IMG/VR virus record: IMGVR_UViG_3300030019_000576
Length of the DNA: 64,000 bases
From: a virus
Direction: 5' to 3' (one strand)
Part shown: positions 45,501 through 54,293 of the stretch, one piece after another
How the letters are laid out: each line of letters begins with the position of its first letter
Position numbering within the stretch: position 1 is the stretch's first letter
Program-made: the position numbers and the translations under genes
Notes under the pieces: generated by a model
The model's input: the letters and a program-made list of their open reading frames with translations, nothing else
Database searches by the model: none
What the model was told of the DNA's origin: nothing

Positions 45501-45505
45501 TATTT

Positions 45506-46477
45506 TTAATTATTACTAATAAATTTATCAACAATATCTACACATTGTTTAAATCTGTCTTCAAAATCAGTTCCTTTAATGTAAGAAATATTCTTATCTT
45601 TAAAGTTATTGTATAGCAATTCGTGGAATTTTGAACGATTTGGTTCACCCATCCGACTACCATCATCAACAAAAGGTACATCATTCCATAGGAATAAGTA
45701 TAAATCAAATTTATTTGCATCTTCTACTTCCTTAGTGATATTTTCTGGGTGTTTATCAAATAGAAAGTTACTATAACAAACAGTTGTTATTAAATCAGTA
45801 TCAGAAAATAATATTTTATCCCCTAAGTTTTTTTCAATTTCTTCTGCTTGACCTGTAATTATTAGATTTATCATATCTGTATCACATATTTTTGTATCTG
45901 AACACACATCACGACCTACTTCTTTTGCAAACTTAAAGTTATAGTGATTAGATAATAATTCTGTCATAGTTGATTTACCAGTACTTTCAGTACCACATAT
46001 ACATATTTTTTTAGTATAATATGATTTAACTGATTTTGGTATAAAATTCCAATATTTTAATGGTGTTTCCCTTATTGATGTAGATGAAATCGGTGTGTTT
46101 GTTCTTTTTTCATCGTATTGCATATGTTTAATATTCATAAATCCACCAACATAATCACCATATTTTTCACTTGTGAAAATTATATTCACATCAGGAAATA
46201 AATCTGTTAAATATAAAGACCAAACCCTTGATATTTCAATATTTGATACAGATGTATTTTCCATATGTGATGTATCCTTATGAATTATTTTTATATTAGG
46301 TATATCTTTAAATTCTTCTTGTAACCATTTATATCTAAGTTCGCTTGGAATTTCTTCTTTATCGTGTGAGCATAATAATACATAAAGAAAATCAGAATTT
46401 GATAATCCAAAGTTTATTAAAGAAAGATGTCCATTATGTAAAGGACAAAAACTACCTAATACTAATCCTGTTCTCAT
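45506..46477 (-). CDS. nadR: bifunctional NMN adenylyltransferase / ribosylnicotinamide kinase (NadR type, lacking the HTH domain)
   Basis: GLVLGSFCPLHNGH (HxGH). ISSTSIRETPLKYWNFIPKSVKSYY...ICGTESTGKST aligns with E. coli NadR ISGAQIRENPFRYWEYIPTEVKPFF...ILGGESSGKST. A Walker B DTD is present. Confidence 0.85.
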   Translation of the reverse strand: MRTGLVLGSFCPLHNGHLSLINFGLSNSDFLYVLLCSHDKEEIPSELRYKWLQEEFKDIPNIKIIHKDTSHMENTSVSNIEISRVWSLYLTDLFPDVNIIFTSEKYGDYVGGFMNIKHMQYDEKRTNTPISSTSIRETPLKYWNFIPKSVKSYYTKKICICGTESTGKSTMTELLSNHYNFKFAKEVGRDVCSDTKICDTDMINLIITGQAEEIEKNLGDKILFSDTDLITTVCYSNFLFDKHPENITKEVEDANKFDLYLFLWNDVPFVDDGSRMGEPNRSKFHELLYNNFKDKNISYIKGTDFEDRFKQCVDIVDKFISNN

Positions 46478-46478
46478 T

Positions 46479-47024
46479 TTACGTTGTTTTTAAATGTTTT
46501 TTCCATTCTTTATAACCCGCAATTGATAATATTATTAATAATAAATTATACCCTGCGATGTAATACATATCTTGATGAAGACATAATATAATTAACATTA
46601 CATTATTTATCATAAAAATCCACCAAGATTCAATAACCTTTTTAACTAATAAATATGTTGCAAGTAGTGCGATAATACCACCTATACCATCAAGATATAA
46701 TAAATTATTATTAGTTGTTTTAGTTAATAATGTAAAGATAATACCAATCACCATGCATATTCCTATGCATAGTGCTGATTTAGTATATCCTATTTTTGTA
46801 ACTTCTTTTGTATCAACTTCATTCCATTTTACCCAACCATACGCACATTGACCAACTGAAACAAGTTGTAATACCATCTGTGAATAAAAGTTTACATTAT
46901 AAAAGTAATAGGTTAATAGTACTGCACTAATTAATCCAAATACCCAACAAAGTAGATTTTGTTTAATTGTTAAAAACACACTTACTATTCCAATAATGAC
47001 TGAAATTAATTCAATATTTTTCAT
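46479..47024 (-). CDS. pnuC: nicotinamide riboside transporter
   Basis: CAYGWVKW and C-terminal ESWWIFMINNVM...IAGYNLLLIILSIAGYKEW align with PnuC (NIYGWYAW, ENWLLWVIINV...). Its start overlaps the receptor stop (TAATG). Confidence 0.8.
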   Translation of the reverse strand: MKNIELISVIIGIVSVFLTIKQNLLCWVFGLISAVLLTYYFYNVNFYSQMVLQLVSVGQCAYGWVKWNEVDTKEVTKIGYTKSALCIGICMVIGIIFTLLTKTTNNNLLYLDGIGGIIALLATYLLVKKVIESWWIFMINNVMLIILCLHQDMYYIAGYNLLLIILSIAGYKEWKKHLKTT

Positions 47025-48997
47025 TAAAATTTAACTTTAACTGTTGTATAAAAATTAAGTGGAGCACCTATAAAATAAGCATTTTCCCCATTTGAAACAT
47101 ACCCACCCGTAAAGTATTTAGTGTTAGTTAAATTATTACCTTGAATTGATAAGTTTACATTTTTAGTTAATTGATAACCAATTTTTGCATTGAATAATAC
47201 ATAACCAGGAATTGTTTCAGTATTTGCAGGATTAATAAATGCATCCGATAAATATCGACCAGATACGTTTATAAAGAGCTTACCGTTGTTGTATTCAATA
47301 TTCTGATTAACTATTACATTTGGTGTATAAAGTGCGTGATATGATGTGTTATCACCTTTAATTTCACTATTCATTAATGTTGTATTATTATTTATAGATA
47401 AATTTTTTGTAAGATTACATGAAAAATCAAATTCTGCACCATAACGTGAACTTTTATCTACATCTGTCATTAATGGTAAACTATTTAACCCCATTGCACC
47501 TAATTGTGTAATTTCATTATTAAAGTCCATATAAAACAAATTACTTTGAAGTTTCACAACACTATTTGATAAGTTATAACCAAGTTCATAGTCAATAACA
47601 CTTTCAGGTTTAATTATAAATAAATCAACTAAATTATCATTCCCACCGAACATGTCACTTCTTGTAGGTTCACGGTGTGATTGACCAACCGAAAAATACA
47701 AAGATTCATTATTTGTAATTGTGTATGTCACACCCCCACGTGGATTTAAAAACAACCAATTAATTCGTTTCATTGGATTATCACCTATGTAAGTGAAGTT
47801 AACATTACGTAATTGTAAGTCAGTAAATAAACTAAATTTATTTATATCATAATTTGCTTTGATGTAAAAACTTCCTTCGTTTTTATATCCAGTATTTGTA
47901 TATAAGGAATCAATCTGAACAGAACCAGGGTGTGTCATATTTCCACTGTGTGTTCGATTATATGTATTAAGCTGAAATCCAGTGTTAAATTTTAAATCAT
48001 TATATTTTATAAGATAATTTGATGTGAACCCAACGAAATTAGAATTTAATCCAAAATTAAGCAAGTCAGTTGGTGCAGTAAACATACCCCATTTACCATC
48101 TAAATGATTGTAAAAGAAAGTATTTGTTAGAACATAATTACTTGATTCACTATGAACATATTGTAACTGTACAAAACTTTGATTAAAATCATCATTTTCA
48201 CCTTTAGGGTTATAATTTGTGCGAGGGTCTTTTAATATATCAGATTCTGATACTGCATACCATGCCATTTGATTAATTGATTTACCCGAAAATGCAGTCA
48301 ACTTTAATACATCCTTATTACCATAGTATCCACCCGAAAGAAATGCTGAATAACCACTACCACTTGAATTATATTTATACCCATCACTTGTATATTCTGA
48401 TACACTACCAAATAACGCAAATTTATTAATTAAACCCGTACCAAAATTAACATTAAGTGATTGTGTTCCAAAACTACCCGATGTAAAACTTGCATTAAAA
48501 CCTTTATCTAAACCTGTTTTACTTTCAAAATTAATACTACCACCATATGAAGATGTACCATTTGCTGATGTACCAATACCACGTTGGATTTGCATAGAAT
48601 TAATATTCATTGCGAAATTAGGAAAATTGCTAAAATATACCCCTTGGTCTTCACTTTCATTTAACGGAATACCATTTAATGTCATATTTATACGTGTTTG
48701 GTCAATTCCACGAATTCGAAATGATACATATCCATTAGGTTGACCACCATCAGATTGTGATGTAATTGATGGTGTTTTATCTAAAATATACACCATTTCT
48801 TGACCACTGTATTGCTTATCAATGTCAACACTATTGACAACTTTTTGGGAAATAGGTGTTTTAATATCTGGTCGAATACCTACAACTTCCACGTCATTTA
48901 ACTTTACTACTTTTACAGTATCTTTTGATACTTGCGAATAAGAGGTAAACACATTAAATAATGCGATAACCAACACAAAAAATTTAATTTTCTTCAT
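47024..48997 (-). CDS. TonB-dependent outer-membrane receptor
   Basis: Signal peptide MKKIKFFVLVIALFNVFTSYSQ, an N-terminal plug region, a long beta-barrel with alternating aromatic strands and a C-terminal ...VKVKF (terminal Phe). Confidence 0.7.
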   Translation of the reverse strand: MKKIKFFVLVIALFNVFTSYSQVSKDTVKVVKLNDVEVVGIRPDIKTPISQKVVNSVDIDKQYSGQEMVYILDKTPSITSQSDGGQPNGYVSFRIRGIDQTRINMTLNGIPLNESEDQGVYFSNFPNFAMNINSMQIQRGIGTSANGTSSYGGSINFESKTGLDKGFNASFTSGSFGTQSLNVNFGTGLINKFALFGSVSEYTSDGYKYNSSGSGYSAFLSGGYYGNKDVLKLTAFSGKSINQMAWYAVSESDILKDPRTNYNPKGENDDFNQSFVQLQYVHSESSNYVLTNTFFYNHLDGKWGMFTAPTDLLNFGLNSNFVGFTSNYLIKYNDLKFNTGFQLNTYNRTHSGNMTHPGSVQIDSLYTNTGYKNEGSFYIKANYDINKFSLFTDLQLRNVNFTYIGDNPMKRINWLFLNPRGGVTYTITNNESLYFSVGQSHREPTRSDMFGGNDNLVDLFIIKPESVIDYELGYNLSNSVVKLQSNLFYMDFNNEITQLGAMGLNSLPLMTDVDKSSRYGAEFDFSCNLTKNLSINNNTTLMNSEIKGDNTSYHALYTPNVIVNQNIEYNNGKLFINVSGRYLSDAFINPANTETIPGYVLFNAKIGYQLTKNVNLSIQGNNLTNTKYFTGGYVSNGENAYFIGAPLNFYTTVKVKF

Positions 48998-49030
48998 TGT
49001 TTTTTTTTTTAATTGTTATTAATAATTTCG

Positions 49031-49068
49031 AGTACAAAGATAATACAAATATTTTGAATATACAATAG
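49031..49068 (-). promoter_or_regulatory. conserved phage promoter motif driving the receptor-pnuC-nadR operon
   Basis: agtacaaagataatacaaatattttgaatatacaatag. Confidence 0.5.
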
Positions 49069-49072
49069 TTAA

Positions 49073-49342
49073 TTATTTAAATTTTAAATATTCTTCTTCT
49101 GTTAAAATATTTTTATTTATATAACCAACAATAACACCCCATGATTTACGAACATCACCTTTTAATATAGTATTAATTATATTATCAATACCAACTATGG
49201 TACCTTTCACAGTAGTCACTGGTAGTTTAATCCAAACTTGCATCAGTTTATTCCAATCTTCGTGATAATTTAATTCTTCTGTCCATTCTACCTTCATAAA
49301 ATACGCAAGTATTTTATTTCCTTTTTCTTCTACTATTGTCAT
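49073..49342 (-). CDS. hypothetical protein
   Basis: Co-oriented ORF. Confidence 0.4.
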   Translation of the reverse strand: MTIVEEKGNKILAYFMKVEWTEELNYHEDWNKLMQVWIKLPVTTVKGTIVGIDNIINTILKGDVRKSWGVIVGYINKNILTEEEYLKFK

Positions 49343-49352
49343 ATGATTTTAA

Positions 49353-49565
49353 TTAAACAGTTATTTTAGATGATAAAAAATCTATTAAGTTATCTGCTGT
49401 ATATTCATACCCATATTCGTCACAACCACCTGATGCTTCATCAGATAATGTGATATTTAAATTATCGTTTTGTAATGTTATTTCTACTTGTGTAGACCAA
49501 TTTTCATGGTACACAGATACATTAACTGTTTCTAATTGTCCGTTTATATCAACTATTGCATTCAT
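49353..49565 (-). CDS. hypothetical protein
   Basis: ATG ORF with a promoter motif upstream. Confidence 0.4.
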   Translation of the reverse strand: MNAIVDINGQLETVNVSVYHENWSTQVEITLQNDNLNITLSDEASGGCDEYGYEYTADNLIDFLSSKITV

Positions 49566-49587
49566 ATTCTAATTTTTTTAAATTATG

Positions 49588-49624
49588 ACACAAAGATAAT
49601 GCAAATATTCGGATTTACCAAATA
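49588..49624 (-). promoter_or_regulatory. conserved phage promoter motif
   Basis: gacacaaagataatgcaaatattcggatttaccaaat. Confidence 0.5.
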
Positions 49625-49657
49625 TTTGCATCATAAATATGTTTTTATTTATTAAAA

Positions 49658-49969
49658 TTAATGTCTTTCATTACCGTATTCTAAAAGTTTTCTCAACTTT
49701 TCAACAACCGTTTCAAAATTTTCTTCATCTTTGAAAAATTCCTTTGCTTGAAATGCTGATGGTGAATCTGATGTTCTAACTGCATACATTGCTTCTCTTA
49801 ATAAAGAAAATTCTTTAATTGTTAATGGTTCAATGTCCGTATATTGTTCAATTTCTTTTTTTTGTAAAGATAAATCTTTTGTACCATATAATTCTTCTAT
49901 CTGTTTTTGTTTTCTTGATTTAAAGATATTAGAAAATCCTTCAAATGTTTTTACTGTTTTATTTTTCAT
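49658..49969 (-). CDS. hypothetical protein
   Basis: Co-oriented ORF. Confidence 0.4.
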   Translation of the reverse strand: MKNKTVKTFEGFSNIFKSRKQKQIEELYGTKDLSLQKKEIEQYTDIEPLTIKEFSLLREAMYAVRTSDSPSAFQAKEFFKDEENFETVVEKLRKLLEYGNERH

Positions 49970-49995
49970 AAAATGTTTTTTATTATATATTAAAA

Positions 49996-50886
49996 TTAAT
50001 ATATTATATTATTTTCACCAAAACCATATCTAAGATATTCACCATCAAATATAAGACTATTTGTTGTATCTTGATTTTTATATGTATTTTTTAAATATAA
50101 TTTAATATGTTCACCTTTGAAGTTTTTTGGGGTATATAAATAATTTCTACAAGTACAGTGTTCGGGGTATTCAAACTGTTTCGAATTAAAGAAACCCTTC
50201 TTCAATTTTAAGATATTAATGTCAATAAAATTATCAGTACAATATTCATTAACTTGTAATAATGAAACAAATCCTGCTGAAAATACATTTAATTCATTTG
50301 CGTTTTCTAAGAAATTAATTACTTTTCTATTAGTATCGACACCACCTTTTACTAAAGTGCATCCAAAATGTAGCAACCCATCTCTTGTATGATTGGATTG
50401 TACTTCACCTATTTCTTCATTTGAAATACTTTTAAACCCTAAAATTCTATCGTTTATTTTATTGTTATAGTGGTGTTTAGATAGTCCAATATTATCTATA
50501 TAATCTACTGTTGAATCAGCAAACATTTGAACTAACTTCAATCCATTTGTATTTAATCCAATATAAGTATTGGGATATTCTTCTTTTGTGAATTTTAATA
50601 CATCTTTAAATCTACTGTAATTTAAAGTTGGTTCACCACCCGTAAATTGTATTTTTCTTAGTTCAACACTGTTACGTTTTATTTCTGCTAAAATTTCTTC
50701 ATATTTTTTAAAATTAAAATGATTAGCTATTTCTTTGAATTCACAAAATAAACAATCAGCATTACATCCTTTAAATCTAACATAAAGATTAATATAGGGT
50801 TCTGTTATATCAGAACCCTCATTACCGAAAAACATACAATACTTATCACGTAATGTAATGTCTTTATCAAATAAGTTTATATTCAT
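49996..50886 (-). CDS. radical SAM enzyme (possible peptide-modifying maturase)
   Basis: GCNADCLFCEF is the CxxxCxxC cluster; FTGGEPTL is the SAM-binding GGE motif. Extra C-terminal cysteines (EYC, HCTC) could be an auxiliary cluster. It lies directly downstream of the Cys-rich precursor-like gene. Confidence 0.6.
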   Translation of the reverse strand: MNINLFDKDITLRDKYCMFFGNEGSDITEPYINLYVRFKGCNADCLFCEFKEIANHFNFKKYEEILAEIKRNSVELRKIQFTGGEPTLNYSRFKDVLKFTKEEYPNTYIGLNTNGLKLVQMFADSTVDYIDNIGLSKHHYNNKINDRILGFKSISNEEIGEVQSNHTRDGLLHFGCTLVKGGVDTNRKVINFLENANELNVFSAGFVSLLQVNEYCTDNFIDINILKLKKGFFNSKQFEYPEHCTCRNYLYTPKNFKGEHIKLYLKNTYKNQDTTNSLIFDGEYLRYGFGENNIIY

Positions 50887-50902
50887 ATTTTTTGTTTAAA
50901 AA

Positions 50903-51274
50903 TTAACAACTCGACCTATTACTACTACCAGAACTACCACATCCATCACTTGTCGTACTTCTGCTTATACTTCTACTTGGTGTACTACCACAACCATCAA
51001 TACGAACTGTTCTACCTGAACTACCACAACCATCACCATATGTTTGTGAAGGTCTTTGTACTTGTGGACTACTCTTACTAAATGATTTAAATCTTTTAAC
51101 TATTTCATTTGGTTCTTCATCATCTAAGAATTCTTCTATTATTTCTTTATCAATTTGACCATCTTCTACTAATTTATTAGTATATGTTTTAAATTTTGCT
51201 TCCCATTCGGTACCATATTTTGAATTAAAAAATTTTTTTAATTCTGATAATAAATTATTTTCCGCTTTTGTCAT
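50903..51274 (-). CDS. precursor-like protein with a triple DGCGS C-terminal tail
   Basis: Helical acidic N-terminal region of about 75 aa, then ...GDGCGSSGRTVRIDGCGSTPSRSISRSTTSDGCGSSGSSNRSSC (four Cys in repeated DGCGS units). Confidence 0.45.
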   Translation of the reverse strand: MTKAENNLLSELKKFFNSKYGTEWEAKFKTYTNKLVEDGQIDKEIIEEFLDDEEPNEIVKRFKSFSKSSPQVQRPSQTYGDGCGSSGRTVRIDGCGSTPSRSISRSTTSDGCGSSGSSNRSSC

Positions 51275-51332
51275 AATAATGTTTTTTATTATATATATTA
51301 TTATTACAAATTAGTTTTTATAAAGACAAAAA

Positions 51333-52055
51333 TTATTTAAATTTTTCATCAAATATATCAAAATTATCACCTACTGAATTGTTATCGTTAATAATAGCAA
51401 AGACAACATTTTTAAATAAATCAGCGTATCCATTTGTTACTAAGATATTATAAAACAAATTTGAAATTATTTCAGGATTGTTTTTAAATACACCACACCC
51501 CCAAGCACCAATAACAATATTTTCAACATTGTTATTGATTGCAAGTGATAACATCAATTTTATTTTATTTTTTGTTGTATCAATATAATAAGAATTATCA
51601 TAATTACAAATTTCATTAAGATTCATTGCAGCAATAGTAATAACATCAGATACAATTTCGTCCATATAATCATAATTTACATCTTTAAAAAATATCGCAT
51701 CCTTTGTATATAACGCTTGATTTTCAACTAATGGATAGAATATATTACTTATAACATTAAATAGATTAGAACACCTAAAAAGACATTCTTCTTGTGCTTT
51801 TGCACCATTTTCTACACCACCACCAGGTCTGGAAGGTGATGCCATATTAAGAACACAACTTTTACCTAATTTACTAACAATTTCCAATGCTGTTACCGAA
51901 TCAGAATTAACTACTAATATATTATTTTTAATACTTGGTGTAACTGCAATTGTTACTGAATCAAGAAAAGTATGTTTAGTAGTGACTGATTTATTCATGT
52001 CAATACTATAATTTTTAGTATCTTTGAATACATTAATTAATTTATCATTGTTCAT
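51333..52055 (-). CDS. bacterial-type poly(ADP-ribose) glycohydrolase-like macrodomain protein (DUF2263/TIGR02452-like)
   Basis: NMASPSRPGGGVENGAKAQEECLFRCSNL contains the bacterial PARG catalytic signature GGG-X7-QEE. Confidence 0.55.
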   Translation of the reverse strand: MNNDKLINVFKDTKNYSIDMNKSVTTKHTFLDSVTIAVTPSIKNNILVVNSDSVTALEIVSKLGKSCVLNMASPSRPGGGVENGAKAQEECLFRCSNLFNVISNIFYPLVENQALYTKDAIFFKDVNYDYMDEIVSDVITIAAMNLNEICNYDNSYYIDTTKNKIKLMLSLAINNNVENIVIGAWGCGVFKNNPEIISNLFYNILVTNGYADLFKNVVFAIINDNNSVGDNFDIFDEKFK

Positions 52056-52302
52056 ATGTTATGTGTTTACTTTTTAATATTTTTTTTATTTTAAGTTTCC
52101 TTTCAGATATTATATCACTATCGTCATATTCTTCATGACAATAATAAACATAACCATATTCATCTTCCCATAAAGAACGACAATTCATAAAAATTATTTC
52201 ATCACCATAAATATTCATTTTATGAATTAAGTTTAATTGTTGTGCTTGATAAACAGTATCTAAACGTTTTAAACACCTAAAAAAATTTCTTATTTTACTC
52301 AT
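52045..52302 (-). CDS. hypothetical protein
   Basis: ATG ORF with a promoter motif upstream. Confidence 0.4.
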   Translation of the reverse strand: MSKIRNFFRCLKRLDTVYQAQQLNLIHKMNIYGDEIIFMNCRSLWEDEYGYVYYCHEEYDDSDIISERKLKIKKILKSKHITYEQ

Positions 52303-52316
52303 AATTTATATTTATT

Positions 52317-52353
52317 GTGCAAAGATAGTAAAAATAATTCACTTATACAAATA
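52317..52353 (-). promoter_or_regulatory. conserved phage promoter motif
   Basis: tgtgcaaagatagtaaaaataattcacttatacaaat. Confidence 0.45.
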
Positions 52354-52355
52354 GT

Positions 52356-52796
52356 TTATTCTGGAATTAAAAAAGGAAGTAATTTTATTTTTTTACATTT
52401 ACCTGTTACACTGTTAAATATAGTGTTGTTTATCATTGATTTATACTGAATATAATATTCTTCTTTGTTTGATTCTTCTTTACAAACATTTTCACGATTA
52501 AAATTCTTATAAATCATAGATTTCACATAACATGCGATGGTTTCATCTGCATGTCTTTTACCGACTTCAATAGTATAATATTCTTTAATTTTTTTATATA
52601 CTTCTTCATTCATAATTAGATAGTTATCTTTTATATCATATCTAAATATTTCTTTATTTTTTGTTTTATAATTTACAAGATAATCACTATCCCAATCTCT
52701 AATTTCTTTTAAAGAAAATAATAGTTTTAGAAAGTAACTTTCTGATTTTGGTATTCTGTCCTTTTTAATTAATAATATTTTATCTTTTATTGTCAT
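52356..52796 (-). CDS. DKIxxIK-SRLS family protein
   Basis: MTIKDKILLIKKDRIPKSES. Confidence 0.45.
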   Translation of the reverse strand: MTIKDKILLIKKDRIPKSESYFLKLLFSLKEIRDWDSDYLVNYKTKNKEIFRYDIKDNYLIMNEEVYKKIKEYYTIEVGKRHADETIACYVKSMIYKNFNRENVCKEESNKEEYYIQYKSMINNTIFNSVTGKCKKIKLLPFLIPE

Positions 52797-53215
52797 AATT
52801 TAAATTTCAATATTCTTTTTATAAAACTGTATTTACTTTTATGTTTTATTTCCTCTTTTAATTTTAAAACTTGGTTTTTTGACATCATTCTACCAATTGT
52901 TATGGGTGATGTTTCTAATTTATCTTTTATTATAGTGAAGTAACCGTTTTTATTTTCATATAATAATTCTTTAAAAAGTTCAATACCAAGTTGTTCATCA
53001 ATATTATACTGCATTGCTCTTCCAATTACTTTATATATTAAAAAAAATGTGTTATGTGTATTATTATATTCAAATATACAAGTATCATCCTTAATAAAGT
53101 ATATGTCATTTTTACACTCTAAAATTTCTATATTATTCAATAAGTTTTCTAAATCGAATATATATGTATTATACCTACTTCTTTTAATAAGTTTTATTTT
53201 ATCTTTTATATCCAT
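52793..53215 (-). CDS. DKIxxIK-SRLS family protein
   Basis: MDIKDKIKLIKRSRYNTY. Confidence 0.45.
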   Translation of the reverse strand: MDIKDKIKLIKRSRYNTYIFDLENLLNNIEILECKNDIYFIKDDTCIFEYNNTHNTFFLIYKVIGRAMQYNIDEQLGIELFKELLYENKNGYFTIIKDKLETSPITIGRMMSKNQVLKLKEEIKHKSKYSFIKRILKFKL

Positions 53216-53520
53216 GAATGAGGTGATTTTCTACATTTAAAAATTTCAATACCGGTTGTATACTTTACTAAGTATTTTTTTATAGTTGATTCAACATCTA
53301 TCCACTTTAAATTAAATTCTATTTCAAGTTTATCCCATACTTCACGTCTAATGAAAATAGTTTTATACATATAATCGGTTTCTAATATTATAGAATCATT
53401 ACAAGTATAATACCATGAAGTACCTTGCTGTACTAAGTTTTCGAATATCCCCTTTAAATAATATTCTTCGGGTGACATTCTACTAAGTTTTATTTGTTTT
53501 ATTTTATCTAACACTTCCAT
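53206..53520 (-). CDS. DKIxxIK-SRLS family protein
   Basis: MEVLDKIKQIKLSRMSPEEY. Confidence 0.45.
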   Translation of the reverse strand: MEVLDKIKQIKLSRMSPEEYYLKGIFENLVQQGTSWYYTCNDSIILETDYMYKTIFIRREVWDKLEIEFNLKWIDVESTIKKYLVKYTTGIEIFKCRKSPHSWI

Positions 53521-53860
53521 CTTCTATTTGTTTATTTATTAAATAAAAATCTTCATATGGTCTTAATTCACAATCTTCCCAACCTAAATTATTTTTTAAT
53601 AACTTTCTAAGAAGTAAGATTACTTCATGGTCATTATATCCAAATTTATTAATTAAATTAAACCAAATTTTATCTTCTACATATATAAGATTAGTAAATT
53701 TCTTTTTAAGAAATGCAATATTTTTCATATACCTATATATTTCAGAAGTTGCATCCCATTGTTCAACATAGACGTATTCTAACCCATTTATTATAGTTAA
53801 TAAATATTTTTCAACTTCACTTAGACGTGAATACTTTATTCGTTTTATTTTATCTATCAT
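53504..53860 (-). CDS. DKIxxIK-SRLS family protein
   Basis: MIDKIKRIKYSRLSEVEK. Confidence 0.45.
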   Translation of the reverse strand: MIDKIKRIKYSRLSEVEKYLLTIINGLEYVYVEQWDATSEIYRYMKNIAFLKKKFTNLIYVEDKIWFNLINKFGYNDHEVILLLRKLLKNNLGWEDCELRPYEDFYLINKQIEDGSVR

Positions 53861-53862
53861 AT

Positions 53863-54198
53863 TTAATAATTTGAAGATCCATACACTTCTTTAATTTTAA
53901 GACCTGTGTACAGTGTGACTATATTTTTAACAATTGGATGTATATCATCCCATTCTAAATTATATTTATATTTTAAACCACTTAAAATATTTTTACCAAT
54001 GTATAAATACATCCAACAATTACAGAAAGAAAAATATTCCACATCTTGATCATATCTATCTTTTTTTGTCATAGATTTGAAAAATATCTGATCACTTTGT
54101 TTATGATATACAGAATATGAATCATCTAAAAAACTTATTATATACTTTTCAGCTGGACTTAACCTTTCTAATTTTATTTTTCTTATTTTATCTATCAT
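53863..54198 (-). CDS. DKIxxIK-SRLS family protein (start moved to ATG 54198; track start 54216 is a TTG)
   Basis: MIDKIRKIKLERLSPAEK; a promoter motif overlaps the TTG extension. Confidence 0.45.
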   Translation of the reverse strand: MIDKIRKIKLERLSPAEKYIISFLDDSYSVYHKQSDQIFFKSMTKKDRYDQDVEYFSFCNCWMYLYIGKNILSGLKYKYNLEWDDIHPIVKNIVTLYTGLKIKEVYGSSNY

Positions 54199-54210
54199 AA
54201 AAATATATTT

Positions 54211-54240
54211 ATACAAAGATACAACATTTTTTCATTATAT
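54211..54240 (-). promoter_or_regulatory. conserved phage promoter motif
   Basis: atacaaagatacaacattttttcattatat. Confidence 0.4.
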
Positions 54241-54293
54241 AAAATATATTCCTTTCTTTTTTTATATATAACATAAAATTATAACATATTATA

